From the NCBI GenBank assembly GCA_003599755.1, contig QZJO01000003.1, forward strand, positions 1 to 60,811: a stretch of DNA of 60,811 nt. Direction: 5' to 3'. Position numbers and translations under genes: made by a program. Of the stretch, positions 1-7,638 are shown one piece after another (position 1 is the stretch's first letter; the number at the start of each line of letters is the position of its first letter). The notes under the pieces are model-generated. The model was not told the origin of the DNA. It worked only from the letters and a program-made list of their open reading frames with translations, and searched no databases. The DNA is from Candidatus Parcubacteria bacterium. GTDB taxonomy: Bacteria > Patescibacteriota > Minisyncoccia > Sungbacterales > SURF-37.

Positions 1-30
1 TACCACTTTTCGCGCAATCAAACAACGCGA

Positions 31-288
31 GGGCGCGGCGGAAGGGGGGTGTGGGGGGAATTCCGCCGCGCCCGAGCGCAGAAGCCCCGCCGCTCCGCCC
101 GAATACTTGGAGGGCGGAACCGAGCAGAAATTTCCCTTTCCTTTTTAGAATTTTTTTCAGGGGGCGCGCGTAAAAGAAAAATTGTAAGGGAAAATTTCTG
201 CGAGGTTGCCGCCGGAGCGTTAGCGGAGGCGGGCGGCGGGGCGGGAGCGTGCGATTTAGTTTCGCTTCACCACGCGCTCCGCGCGTGG
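31..288. repeat. Composite palindromic intergenic element
   Basis: Perfect 13-bp IR GGGCGCGGCGGAA 31-43 / 61-73; CCCCGCCGC 85-93 / 233-241; GCAGAAATTTCCCTT 124-138 / 186-201 (1-nt bulge); hairpin 270-288. Confidence 0.7.
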
Positions 289-604
289 CACATTGTCAGC
301 GATTTTGAAAATAGGTGCGAGCTTGGTAAAATAGAGACACCAAAACTAACTTTGTCGGAAATGATTGCTCCGCGCGGCGTACTCGCCGCCCGAGCGGTCG
401 GTTTGGCGCGCGAAGCGCGCCATCAGTTCCGTTCAAAGTAGGTTCGCGCGAAGTGTATAATTACAGCACCAGTAAGGAAATTGCAAGCGATGTCAGTTTG
501 TATCGCTCGGTTCTGTTCGAGACCGCGCATCTTGACTTTTTAAAAATTTTGTTATATTTGTAAAGTGGTTCATTGGCAATACGGTTAGAAAGGAGGTGGT
601 ACCG

Positions 605-880
605 ATGCGTGTCGAAGTGCCAACCTCGCTTCGAGCGATCGTGCTGAATATTCGCGGCAGCGGCGACAAACGGTTCGCCGTCGCGTATGCCGAAACGCCC
701 GAGGCGCCGTTCACAAACTCGACAAGCATCACCTTTTCCCTCTCGGACTGGACCGGTACAACTGATCCCCGAAAGGGCGAGGTGGTGGAGCTCGCTGAAA
801 TCAGGGAGTTCGCCAAAGGTTGGCGGGCCCTATTGGCGAGGCCAGCAACGAGCAGAAAGCAGAGAGGAGATTCGGGATGA
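605..880 (+). CDS. Small hypothetical protein, predicted beta-rich OB-fold-like
   Basis: AGGAGG at 591-596 before ATG 605; ATGA overlap with next gene; fold is inferred from residue pattern. Confidence 0.65.
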   Translation: MRVEVPTSLRAIVLNIRGSGDKRFAVAYAETPEAPFTNSTSITFSLSDWTGTTDPRKGEVVELAEIREFAKGWRALLARPATSRKQRGDSG

Positions 881-1536
881 AAACCCGCACTACCGAGGAG
901 TGGTTGAAGCAACTCGGTTTGCAGCTTCCGGCGAGTGATCGGGAGCGCGGAGAGTTCTACGCGCCGATCGCCGAATACTGCAACGTCAGCACGGCAACGG
1001 TGGGACAGTGGCTCGGGGGTAAGCGGCTCCCCGGAGGGGAACCGCTGCTGCGTCTCCGGTACTGGATCGCGAAAGGGAATGTGCTGGTTGCGGAGCTTGA
1101 GAAGCTGGATCCAGCGGTGAAAGCGCTCGGACAGCTGATCGCCGATGGCGAGCTTGAGCTTGAGAAGGTCTGGCAGGAGATCGGCTACGCTTCGCGCGAC
1201 GGCCTCTTCGACGCCCTGTTGCGCGGGCACATTCCGATCGCTGAACGGCTCGAAAAGATCCGCGAGATCGTGGCTCGGCATCGAAGGGGCGGAACATCTC
1301 CCGCCATCGATGACGGGGAAGCTTCATCCAAGCAGGTTGTGCTTCTCGCGCTTGCCTCGCTTGTGAAGGCAGTCACGCCGCTGGCGGATGTCATGCTTTC
1401 GGACGAGTTCAGCGCCGAGGAGCGGCAGGCTCTGCGCGACGCAACCGGCGGCGACGGGATTTACCGTCTCGCCAACATGATGAACCGGCTCTGTAGCGAA
1501 ACCGCCCGTAAGGCCATCAAGGTCTACACGGGCTAA
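877..1536 (+). CDS. Cro/CI-like HTH protein, probably two HTH units
   Basis: HTH-like IAEYCNVSTATVGQWLGGKRLP; second candidate VWQEIGYASRDGLFDALLRG; AGGAG upstream; ATGA coupling. Confidence 0.65.
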   Translation: MKTRTTEEWLKQLGLQLPASDRERGEFYAPIAEYCNVSTATVGQWLGGKRLPGGEPLLRLRYWIAKGNVLVAELEKLDPAVKALGQLIADGELELEKVWQEIGYASRDGLFDALLRGHIPIAERLEKIREIVARHRRGGTSPAIDDGEASSKQVVLLALASLVKAVTPLADVMLSDEFSAEERQALRDATGGDGIYRLANMMNRLCSETARKAIKVYTG

Positions 1537-1543
1537 CCTCAAC

Positions 1544-1571
1544 AGCAGGAAGCAGGAAGCAGAAAGCAAGG
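1544..1571 (+). repeat. Four tandem heptamers AGCA(G/A)(G/A)(A/G) ending in the SD of the ATPase gene
   Basis: AGCAGGA AGCAGGA AGCAGAA AGCAAGG, continuing into AGG. Confidence 0.7.
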
Positions 1572-1580
1572 AGGCAGCTC

Positions 1581-3269
1581 ATGCAACGGGTCAGCAAGCT
1601 GGAGTTCCACCAAGGGCAGGCGCTGCTCATCGCGGCGGACACCTACCCCACCATTCTGGATGTCCTCTACGAGGAGGTTCAGAACGCGTTGGACGAGGGT
1701 GCCACCAGGATCTGGATCGACGTCAACCAGAAGAAGAAGATCCGCCAGATCACCGTCCAGGACAACGGGAACGGCGCCTCGGTCGAGAAGTTCGAGAAGG
1801 CGCTGGTCACGGTCGGTCGGACGATGAAGAAGGAGGACAAGCTGGGACGCTTCGGGCGCGGACTCGTTTCCCCGCTCGGCAAGTGCGAGCGCTTCACCTT
1901 CACCTCGACGCCGAAGGACAACCCGCGGCTCTACCGCTGCTGGATGTTCGTGACGGACAAGATCGAGCATCAGACCCACAACCTTTCGATCCCCAGCGAG
2001 TCGAAGCAGAACCTGGTATACGGTGTCGCGGGTACGACCTCGAGCCGTCCAGGCGTGGTCGTGGTGCCGTGGCGCACCGAGGTGCGCATCGAGCGCTACA
2101 CCGAAGACCGGCACCGGGGGCATATCGACGTGGATTCCCTGCACGAAGGGATTCTCGACCGCTTCGCTACCACCATGCGGAAGCTCGGCACGGTCATCTC
2201 CGTCAGGATCCGCAACGAGGACGGAAAGGATACGGGACGCGAGTTTCGCGCCGAGTCGTTCAACGGCAAGCCGCTCGAGGTGTTCACCTCGAAGGACAAG
2301 GACGCGGGCGTCACCACCTTCCGTCTCTACATCGCACGCCGCACCGACAAGGGCCGTAAGGGCCGCGTCGGCATCGGCGAGATGGCGAACGACTTCCGGA
2401 TGCACTTCGGGGTCTTCGCCTACGCCGCCAAGGCGTGGCTCGAGGACGAGGTCGTGGCGGCGCTCAGTTCCGGCATCTTCGAGGGCGAGATCCTCACCGA
2501 GAAGGCGAGGCTCCACGCCTCCCGGAAGAAGTTCGAGGAGGATCAGGCACTGGTCGGCCTTTGCGGGTCGATCAACCACTGGTTCGACCAGGTCGGGAAG
2601 AAGATCTACGACGAGGCGAAGGAGATCCGCCGCGAGGAGGTTCTCCAGGAGTGCGGCGAGCGAACCATGAGCGTCATGCGATCGATGCTCTCGGCTCCAG
2701 AGTTCCAGTGGATCCGGGAAGGCGTACTGGGCTCAGTCCGGTACGGCACGGTCACTGCCGACCACATTCCCGTCAAACTGCGCGACCATGGCGAGCTTGT
2801 GGGCGTGCGCGTCACGGGCGGCGGTCCAGCCGAAGGCGGCGAGCACGGTGGCAACGGCAAGCCGTCGAGCGAGCTCTCCGGCGACACGCCGTTTTACGTC
2901 ACGGGACCGCGGGGAACGCAAAGGAAGCTCGTTCGGGACAACTCGATCGGGCTCGGGCTCTCACACAACGAGCTCACGGACCCCAACAAGTTCTGGGAGT
3001 TCGACGAGCGGAGCGGCATCATCACGCTCAACATCGGCCACCCCATCTGGGCGCAGGTCGAGAAGAGCGGCCGCATCGCCACGATGCGCTTCCAAGAGCT
3101 TCTGATCGTCTCAGTTCTCGTGCTGCAGACGATGCCCCCGAACATGCGGGATCAGCAGCGCCTGGCACTTGATGCCATCGTGAAGCCCTTCGCATACACG
3201 TTGACGGAGGGCGACGTGGTGGCAGGCCGGAAGCTCGGCCGTCCCAAGTCCGAGAAGAAGAAGAAGTAG
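1581..3269 (+). CDS. GHKL ATPase, MORC/HATPase_c_3-like, 562 aa
   Basis: GHKL motifs EEVQNALD, DNGNG, GRFGRG; C-terminal ITLNIGHPIW; SD AAGGAGG. Confidence 0.85.
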   Translation: MQRVSKLEFHQGQALLIAADTYPTILDVLYEEVQNALDEGATRIWIDVNQKKKIRQITVQDNGNGASVEKFEKALVTVGRTMKKEDKLGRFGRGLVSPLGKCERFTFTSTPKDNPRLYRCWMFVTDKIEHQTHNLSIPSESKQNLVYGVAGTTSSRPGVVVVPWRTEVRIERYTEDRHRGHIDVDSLHEGILDRFATTMRKLGTVISVRIRNEDGKDTGREFRAESFNGKPLEVFTSKDKDAGVTTFRLYIARRTDKGRKGRVGIGEMANDFRMHFGVFAYAAKAWLEDEVVAALSSGIFEGEILTEKARLHASRKKFEEDQALVGLCGSINHWFDQVGKKIYDEAKEIRREEVLQECGERTMSVMRSMLSAPEFQWIREGVLGSVRYGTVTADHIPVKLRDHGELVGVRVTGGGPAEGGEHGGNGKPSSELSGDTPFYVTGPRGTQRKLVRDNSIGLGLSHNELTDPNKFWEFDERSGIITLNIGHPIWAQVEKSGRIATMRFQELLIVSVLVLQTMPPNMRDQQRLALDAIVKPFAYTLTEGDVVAGRKLGRPKSEKKKK

Positions 3270-3277
3270 AGTAGAGA

Positions 3278-3311
3278 GCCCCGGGGTAGCGAACCCCGGG
3301 GCGTAATTTTT
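3278..3311 (+). terminator. Intrinsic terminator
   Basis: GCCCCGGGG-7nt-CCCCGGGGC then T-rich tract. Confidence 0.7.
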
Positions 3312-3393
3312 CAAAAAGTGTTGACAGAATACTATTTATGTGATAAAGGATGGAAAACACCAATCGGTTCGTTCGAAAGGGGTGAGGAGGAAG

Positions 3394-3738
3394 ATGGCCA
3401 CCTTGGAACAGACGATCAGGCAGGCAGCAGCCCGTTGGGCGGCAACAGCGCCGCTCTCCGAGCTGCTTCCCGTGGTCGGCAACCAGGAGCTTCCTTCGAC
3501 GAACAGTGCGCCAGCTGCACCGGCGCAATCCGTGCCGAAGAAGCGCCGGGCCCGGCGAAGGAAGAAGAACCGCCGCAAGTTCACCGAGGAAGAGCGGAAG
3601 CGAATCGTCGAGGCGCTCGGGAATCTCAAGCCCGGCAAGAAGCGCACGACAGCGATCGCGAAGCTCGCTGGGGCGCTGCAGGCTACGCCGCGGCAGATCA
3701 ACGGCGTCATGTCGCTCGCGAGACGCCGCGCGAAGTAG
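3394..3738 (+). CDS. Small basic protein with C-terminal HTH/homeodomain-like unit
   Basis: GAGGAGG SD; KKRRARRRKKNRRKFTEEERKRIVEAL then helical segment; TTGACA at 3321-3326. Confidence 0.65.
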   Translation: MATLEQTIRQAAARWAATAPLSELLPVVGNQELPSTNSAPAAPAQSVPKKRRARRRKKNRRKFTEEERKRIVEALGNLKPGKKRTTAIAKLAGALQATPRQINGVMSLARRRAK

Positions 3739-3752
3739 CGCGCGGCGAGAAG

Positions 3753-3786
3753 ACGGCCCGGAAGTTGGATACTTCCGGGCCGTTTC
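3753..3786 (+). terminator. Intrinsic terminator
   Basis: Perfect 13-bp stem ACGGCCCGGAAGT/ACTTCCGGGCCGT. Confidence 0.7.
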
Positions 3787-3855
3787 AATTACCACGAAGA
3801 TTGCTCCTAAGATCAATGATATATCCCGGGGTACGGCGAGTGCTTAGCGCAATAT

Positions 3856-4035
3856 ATGGCCGATGACATTAAACGAAAAATCGAAGAACTTGCCGCGCTC
3901 GGTAAAGATCGGAGCGAGATGGATCTGTGGCTCGGCCTTCTGCCGGCGATGACAGATGAGGAGCTTCAGGCGTTGTCGCGCAATATTTCAAGAGAGTTTG
4001 CCCTACTCCGCCCTGCAGGGGCGGATGCGAAATAG
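3856..4035 (+). CDS. 59-aa helical hypothetical protein (below ORF-track cutoff)
   Basis: Hand translation MADDIKRKIEELAALGKDRSEMDLWLGLLPAMTDEELQALSRNISREFALLRPAGADAK; strong hairpin follows. Confidence 0.6.
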   Translation: MADDIKRKIEELAALGKDRSEMDLWLGLLPAMTDEELQALSRNISREFALLRPAGADAK

Positions 4036-4054
4036 GTAGGACAGCGGTGCTTCG

Positions 4055-4088
4055 AGAAAACCGCTCAGCATTCGCTGAGCGGTTTTCT
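4055..4088 (+). terminator. Terminator hairpin
   Basis: Perfect 15-bp stem AGAAAACCGCTCAGC/GCTGAGCGGTTTTCT. Confidence 0.7.
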
Positions 4089-4154
4089 GCAATGCAATGC
4101 GCGTATTGTCCAGGAGGCGGTAATGCGGTATTCTGCAATCAATAAGATTTATCT

Positions 4155-4841
4155 ATGAATAATCGCACTCTTATGATCGGTGGGGTCGCGGCGGTTGCGA
4201 TCATTATCGCCGCCGGCTACTTCTTCTGGCCCGCGGGGATCAGCGAAAACGGCATTCTGCCTGAGCCGCAGTCCATTGTCACGGACGACGCGGGAGAGGG
4301 ACAGTTGGCCGCGCCATCCCCTGTTCCGGCAGGATCGCCGCCGGCGCAAACGGTTTTGGTAAGCGGCGGGGATCTGCGCACGTACCAAAGCGCGGATCTT
4401 GGGCTCTCATTCCGGTATCCGGACCGGTATTTCGTGAGCTGGCCGGTACCATCAAGCACGAGCGTTATCGTGCGGCTCTATAAAACCGCGGATCGCGCCA
4501 AAGTGGATAATGTAACCCTTGAAAAAATCGCCGAGCTTGAATTCGCGCGCTATACCAATCCCCTCGCGACAACCGTGCAAGGGCTTGCCCAGCTCTGGGG
4601 TGAATCATTTCTCGGCATTCGCTTCCGCACCGCGGAGCAGTGCAAGGACATCACCGTTGCCAGCGAACCGGCGTTGCGCTGTTCGCTATATGCGGGAACG
4701 GACCGCGGCGGCTACCGCACGGCAGTATTCACGATGCATGGTGATGAATTCTATCGGTTTTCGGTGAGCGCTCCGAAGAGCGACGATCCGGCCCAGACCG
4801 ATTTCGGGACCATACTTGCCTCGATTCGCTGGAACGACTAG
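4155..4841 (+). CDS. Membrane-anchored extracellular protein, PsbP-like fold likely
   Basis: N-terminal TM, Pro-rich linker, YQSADLGLSFRYPDRY and terminal FGTILASIRW pattern. Confidence 0.6.
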   Translation: MNNRTLMIGGVAAVAIIIAAGYFFWPAGISENGILPEPQSIVTDDAGEGQLAAPSPVPAGSPPAQTVLVSGGDLRTYQSADLGLSFRYPDRYFVSWPVPSSTSVIVRLYKTADRAKVDNVTLEKIAELEFARYTNPLATTVQGLAQLWGESFLGIRFRTAEQCKDITVASEPALRCSLYAGTDRGGYRTAVFTMHGDEFYRFSVSAPKSDDPAQTDFGTILASIRWND

Positions 4842-4862
4842 GATGCTCAAGAATTGCGAATT

Positions 4863-4953
4863 CTCCGCTCGCCGCGCGGCGAGCGGAGCGAACGCGCGCT
4901 TACCCGCTTAAGGCGGGCAGGGCTCGTGGCAGACCTGCCTGTCGGCAGGCAAG
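4863..4953. repeat. Cluster of REP-like hairpins
   Basis: Perfect 12-bp CTCCGCTCGCCG/CGGCGAGCGGAG; CCCGC-TTAAG-GCGGG; CCTGCC-TGTC-GGCAGG. Confidence 0.65.
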
Positions 4954-4984
4954 GCGACTGTTTTACATCCCGCACCATTTATTT

Positions 4985-5056
4985 GGGCACTTAGCTCAGT
5001 GGTAGAGCGACTGTTTTACACACAGTAGGTCGGGGGTTCGATCCCCTCAGTGCCCA
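4985..5056 (+). tRNA. tRNA-Val(TAC)
   Basis: Full cloverleaf; arm ACTGT-TTTACAC-ACAGT; GGTTCGATCC T-arm; CCA not encoded. Confidence 0.95.
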
Positions 5057-5192
5057 CATATAAAAATGGTGCGGGACAGGCGCCGTAGGTCGGGGTTCCT
5101 TGCTCGCCGGCAGGCGAGGATCCCCTCAGCGCGCATTATTGAAGTAGTTTTCTGACATGAAGAAGCCCGCCGCTGGCGCCTCGCATACATAC

Positions 5193-5225
5193 CGGCGCAT
5201 GTACTACAATGTAATACATGCGCCG
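5193..5225. promoter_or_regulatory. Palindrome over RHH start codon, putative operator
   Basis: CGGCGCATGTA-11nt-TACATGCGCCG; ATG 5218 lies in the right arm. Confidence 0.45.
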
Positions 5226-5394
5226 AAAAGTAATTTCATTGTCCCTCCCCGCTCCCCTAGTTGAGCGGATAGAAAAGATACGGCAAGCTGAGAGTCAGAC
5301 GCGATCAGAGCTGATTCGCGCCGCGTTACGGCTTTACTTCAAAAACTTCGAAAAGGAGGTAAAGAGCGGTGCACGCAAACGAAAGCGGGTATGA
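5218..5394 (+). CDS. Ribbon-helix-helix (CopG/Arc/MetJ) protein, 58 aa (below ORF-track cutoff)
   Basis: MRRKVISLSLPAPLVERIEKIRQAESQTRSELIRAALRLYF fits the RHH pattern; ATGA overlap with yraN. Confidence 0.75.
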   Translation: MRRKVISLSLPAPLVERIEKIRQAESQTRSELIRAALRLYFKNFEKEVKSGARKRKRV

Positions 5395-5792
5395 CCGAAA
5401 TTCCGGCTCAAGAAGATAGGCATCTCCAAATTGGGGTGCGCGGCGAGCAAGAGGCTGAGATGTTTGCCGTGAAACGTGGCCTAAAAATCATAGGAAAGAA
5501 CTACAGGAAAAGGTACGGCGAGATAGATTTGATAACGAAGGAAGGGAGAATTGTTCATTTTGTTGAGGTGAAGACGAGTATATTCAGAGAAAATACGGCA
5601 TTCCCTGCTGAAATTCGGGTAGATAGAAGAAAGCAGGGCAAGCTCATTCGAGTATGTGAAACGTATCTCCTGGACGTACTGCACGATGACGGTGAAACCC
5701 AATGGCAGATTGATGTAATCGCTGTTACACTAAATCCCGACCTATCACTTAAGTATATAAATATTATTGATAATGCCGTTTCTGATTTCTGA
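5391..5792 (+). CDS. yraN: YraN/UPF0102 family PD-(D/E)XK-like protein
   Basis: GxxGE, KNYRKRYGEIDLI, FVEVKT, KQxKL, DVIAV motifs. Confidence 0.9.
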   Translation: MTEIPAQEDRHLQIGVRGEQEAEMFAVKRGLKIIGKNYRKRYGEIDLITKEGRIVHFVEVKTSIFRENTAFPAEIRVDRRKQGKLIRVCETYLLDVLHDDGETQWQIDVIAVTLNPDLSLKYINIIDNAVSDF

Positions 5793-5858
5793 TGTGGGAC
5801 GTGAAACAATGGTGTATGTGAAACTTTAAGTTTATTAGATATAGTTTCACGTCCCACA
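5793..5858. repeat. 15-bp inverted repeat of a parS-like sequence
   Basis: TGTGGGACGTGAAAC 5793-5807 / GTTTCACGTCCCACA 5844-5858. Confidence 0.6.
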
Positions 5859-5862
5859 ACCA

Positions 5863-5933
5863 CGGGCCGTAGTATACCGGCAGTACGCCTGCTTTGGGAG
5901 CAGGTAGACTGGGTTCAATTCCCAGCGGCCCGA
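5863..5933 (+). tRNA. tRNA-Pro(TGG)
   Basis: C1:G72, A73; arm CCTGC-TTTGGGA-GCAGG; GGTTCAATTCC T-arm. Confidence 0.9.
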
Positions 5934-6153
5934 ATCGCGAAGCGCTCGTAGGAGATTCATCTCGGACTATATACAAATCTGCATGTTTATGCGGATTTAT
6001 ATCGGACATAGAATGTCGCACAATAATGTCCGATAGATTGCTTCGGCAAATTTGACTTTTTTACTATTTTGTGCAATAAAATAGCTGGTTCTCTTTGTCA
6101 AAACTGGTCGCATGGCCATGCAGTGAACTTCGCACAATGAGCGGAGGATCCCA

Positions 6154-7524
6154 GTGCAAGACCGCATTCCTGGGGATCGGGTTCGATGCTCCGAGAGGCC
6201 CGTAGTAGAGAACGTTTCACGCTGGTTCGTACCGGTTGGGTTGCACGATCGGCCCCATGCCGATGATGCCGTGGCGCGATTCCTGCGCGAAGAATACGGT
6301 CCGCCCGTCATCCTGCCCGAAGAGGATGCGGGGGACGGCATCATCCGTATCGGCCGCCGAGGCGGTATCTATGACGCCCATGGCGGGGAGCGCGGAGAAG
6401 AGCGCGACTGTGAAACCACGCTTGTTGCCCGGTACTTGGGTATCACGGAACGGCCGGAGCTCCGGGCGCTTTTGACCCATGTGCTGGCCGTGGATGCCTA
6501 CGGGCACCAGAAGGGCATGTTCCGGTTCGGCCGGTTGGTCGAGCGCATGTGGTTCGTGTATCCGCAAGAATCGTGGCGGATCGAGCACTGGGCCCGGCTC
6601 CTGGTGCGCGCTGCGGTGCTCTACGAATCGGGGAAAACTCGCGCGATCCAGGTGCCGGCAAGTGAAATCATCGCGTGCATCCGGCATGCGTGGGATGGCG
6701 CATCGCGGGGATTCGGCGCCGACGTGCGCGCGGCGATAGAGCCGCGCATCGCCGAGCTCGACGAGCACTCGGCGATCATGCCGTTCGGCCTTCTGTACTC
6801 TGCGATCGTGCTTTGGAAGATGTTCGCGAAACGCGAGCCCGCGGTGCGCCGGATATGGAGTAAATTCGAGGTCAGTCGCGTGCGGCTCGCGCGCCAATGG
6901 CTGGTCGCATGGCTGGAAGATGCCATGCGGGCCGAGCTCATCTGGCAGCTTTTGTTCGTCCAGGCGCGGCAGGATGTTGAGCGGGCGAGCGCGGATGGGC
7001 GGCTCCTGATGGGAGATATCGTGATCCGGGGCGTGCCTGTCAGGGTAGCCACGGTCACCTCATCGGAGATCCGGATCCATTCCGCGCTGATGGCCGAGTT
7101 TCCAGATCTGTTCGCGCTTGCCGTACGCGACTGGAGCACCGGCAATGTGCGCATCCTTCGGCGGAATTTCCGCCGGCCGGTGAAGCAGTCGCTGCAATTC
7201 GTGGTCGCGCAAGTGCGGGCCGCGGAGCGCGCGCTGCGGCGCGAGCCGGCGGCTTCATGGGATGAGCTGGTGAGCCAGATGGGGCCTGCGGGAACCCGAT
7301 GGTTTTACCAGCATGCGACCCAGAACATCCTGAACGGCGCGCTCACGGAGAAGGTCGAGCCGACGGAGCTGGATGACGCCATGATTCAGCGGTGCCTCGT
7401 GCGGGGTCTCGATGAATCCTGGTGGGAGTGGCGCGCCGCGTTCCTGCGCGAGCACGGCGGCAGGACGCGCCGCGATCAGGCCGAGGCCGAGGCGCTTCGG
7501 GGATCGGGGGAGACGATCGAATAA
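6154..7524 (+). CDS. Hypothetical protein with divergent DHH/MYG1-like N-terminus
   Basis: HDRPHADD, IGRRGGIYDAH, CETTLVARYLG, VLAVD; GGAGG before GTG. Confidence 0.55.
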   Translation: MQDRIPGDRVRCSERPVVENVSRWFVPVGLHDRPHADDAVARFLREEYGPPVILPEEDAGDGIIRIGRRGGIYDAHGGERGEERDCETTLVARYLGITERPELRALLTHVLAVDAYGHQKGMFRFGRLVERMWFVYPQESWRIEHWARLLVRAAVLYESGKTRAIQVPASEIIACIRHAWDGASRGFGADVRAAIEPRIAELDEHSAIMPFGLLYSAIVLWKMFAKREPAVRRIWSKFEVSRVRLARQWLVAWLEDAMRAELIWQLLFVQARQDVERASADGRLLMGDIVIRGVPVRVATVTSSEIRIHSALMAEFPDLFALAVRDWSTGNVRILRRNFRRPVKQSLQFVVAQVRAAERALRREPAASWDELVSQMGPAGTRWFYQHATQNILNGALTEKVEPTELDDAMIQRCLVRGLDESWWEWRAAFLREHGGRTRRDQAEAEALRGSGETIE

Positions 7525-7541
7525 CGATCGAGTTCGAAAGG

Positions 7542-7575
7542 ACCGGAGGCGACGAGCGCGTCGCCTCCGGTTTTG
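7542..7575 (+). terminator. Intrinsic terminator
   Basis: 13-bp stem ACCGGAGGCGACG/CGTCGCCTCCGGT then TTT. Confidence 0.75.
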
Positions 7576-7638
7576 CATTTAGACAGTAATTATGGTATTG
7601 ATTCTGACGTCATAGTACGGTAGAATAAAATTCTGATC

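Noticed and set aside
49-441. 130-aa ORF
   Set aside because: Runs through the palindromic repeat and has no protein-like motif or SD
3321-3349. Strong sigma70 promoter for the basic HTH gene
   Set aside because: TTGACA is perfect, but the -10 at 17 nt (TAAAGG) is poor, so it is not listed as a feature
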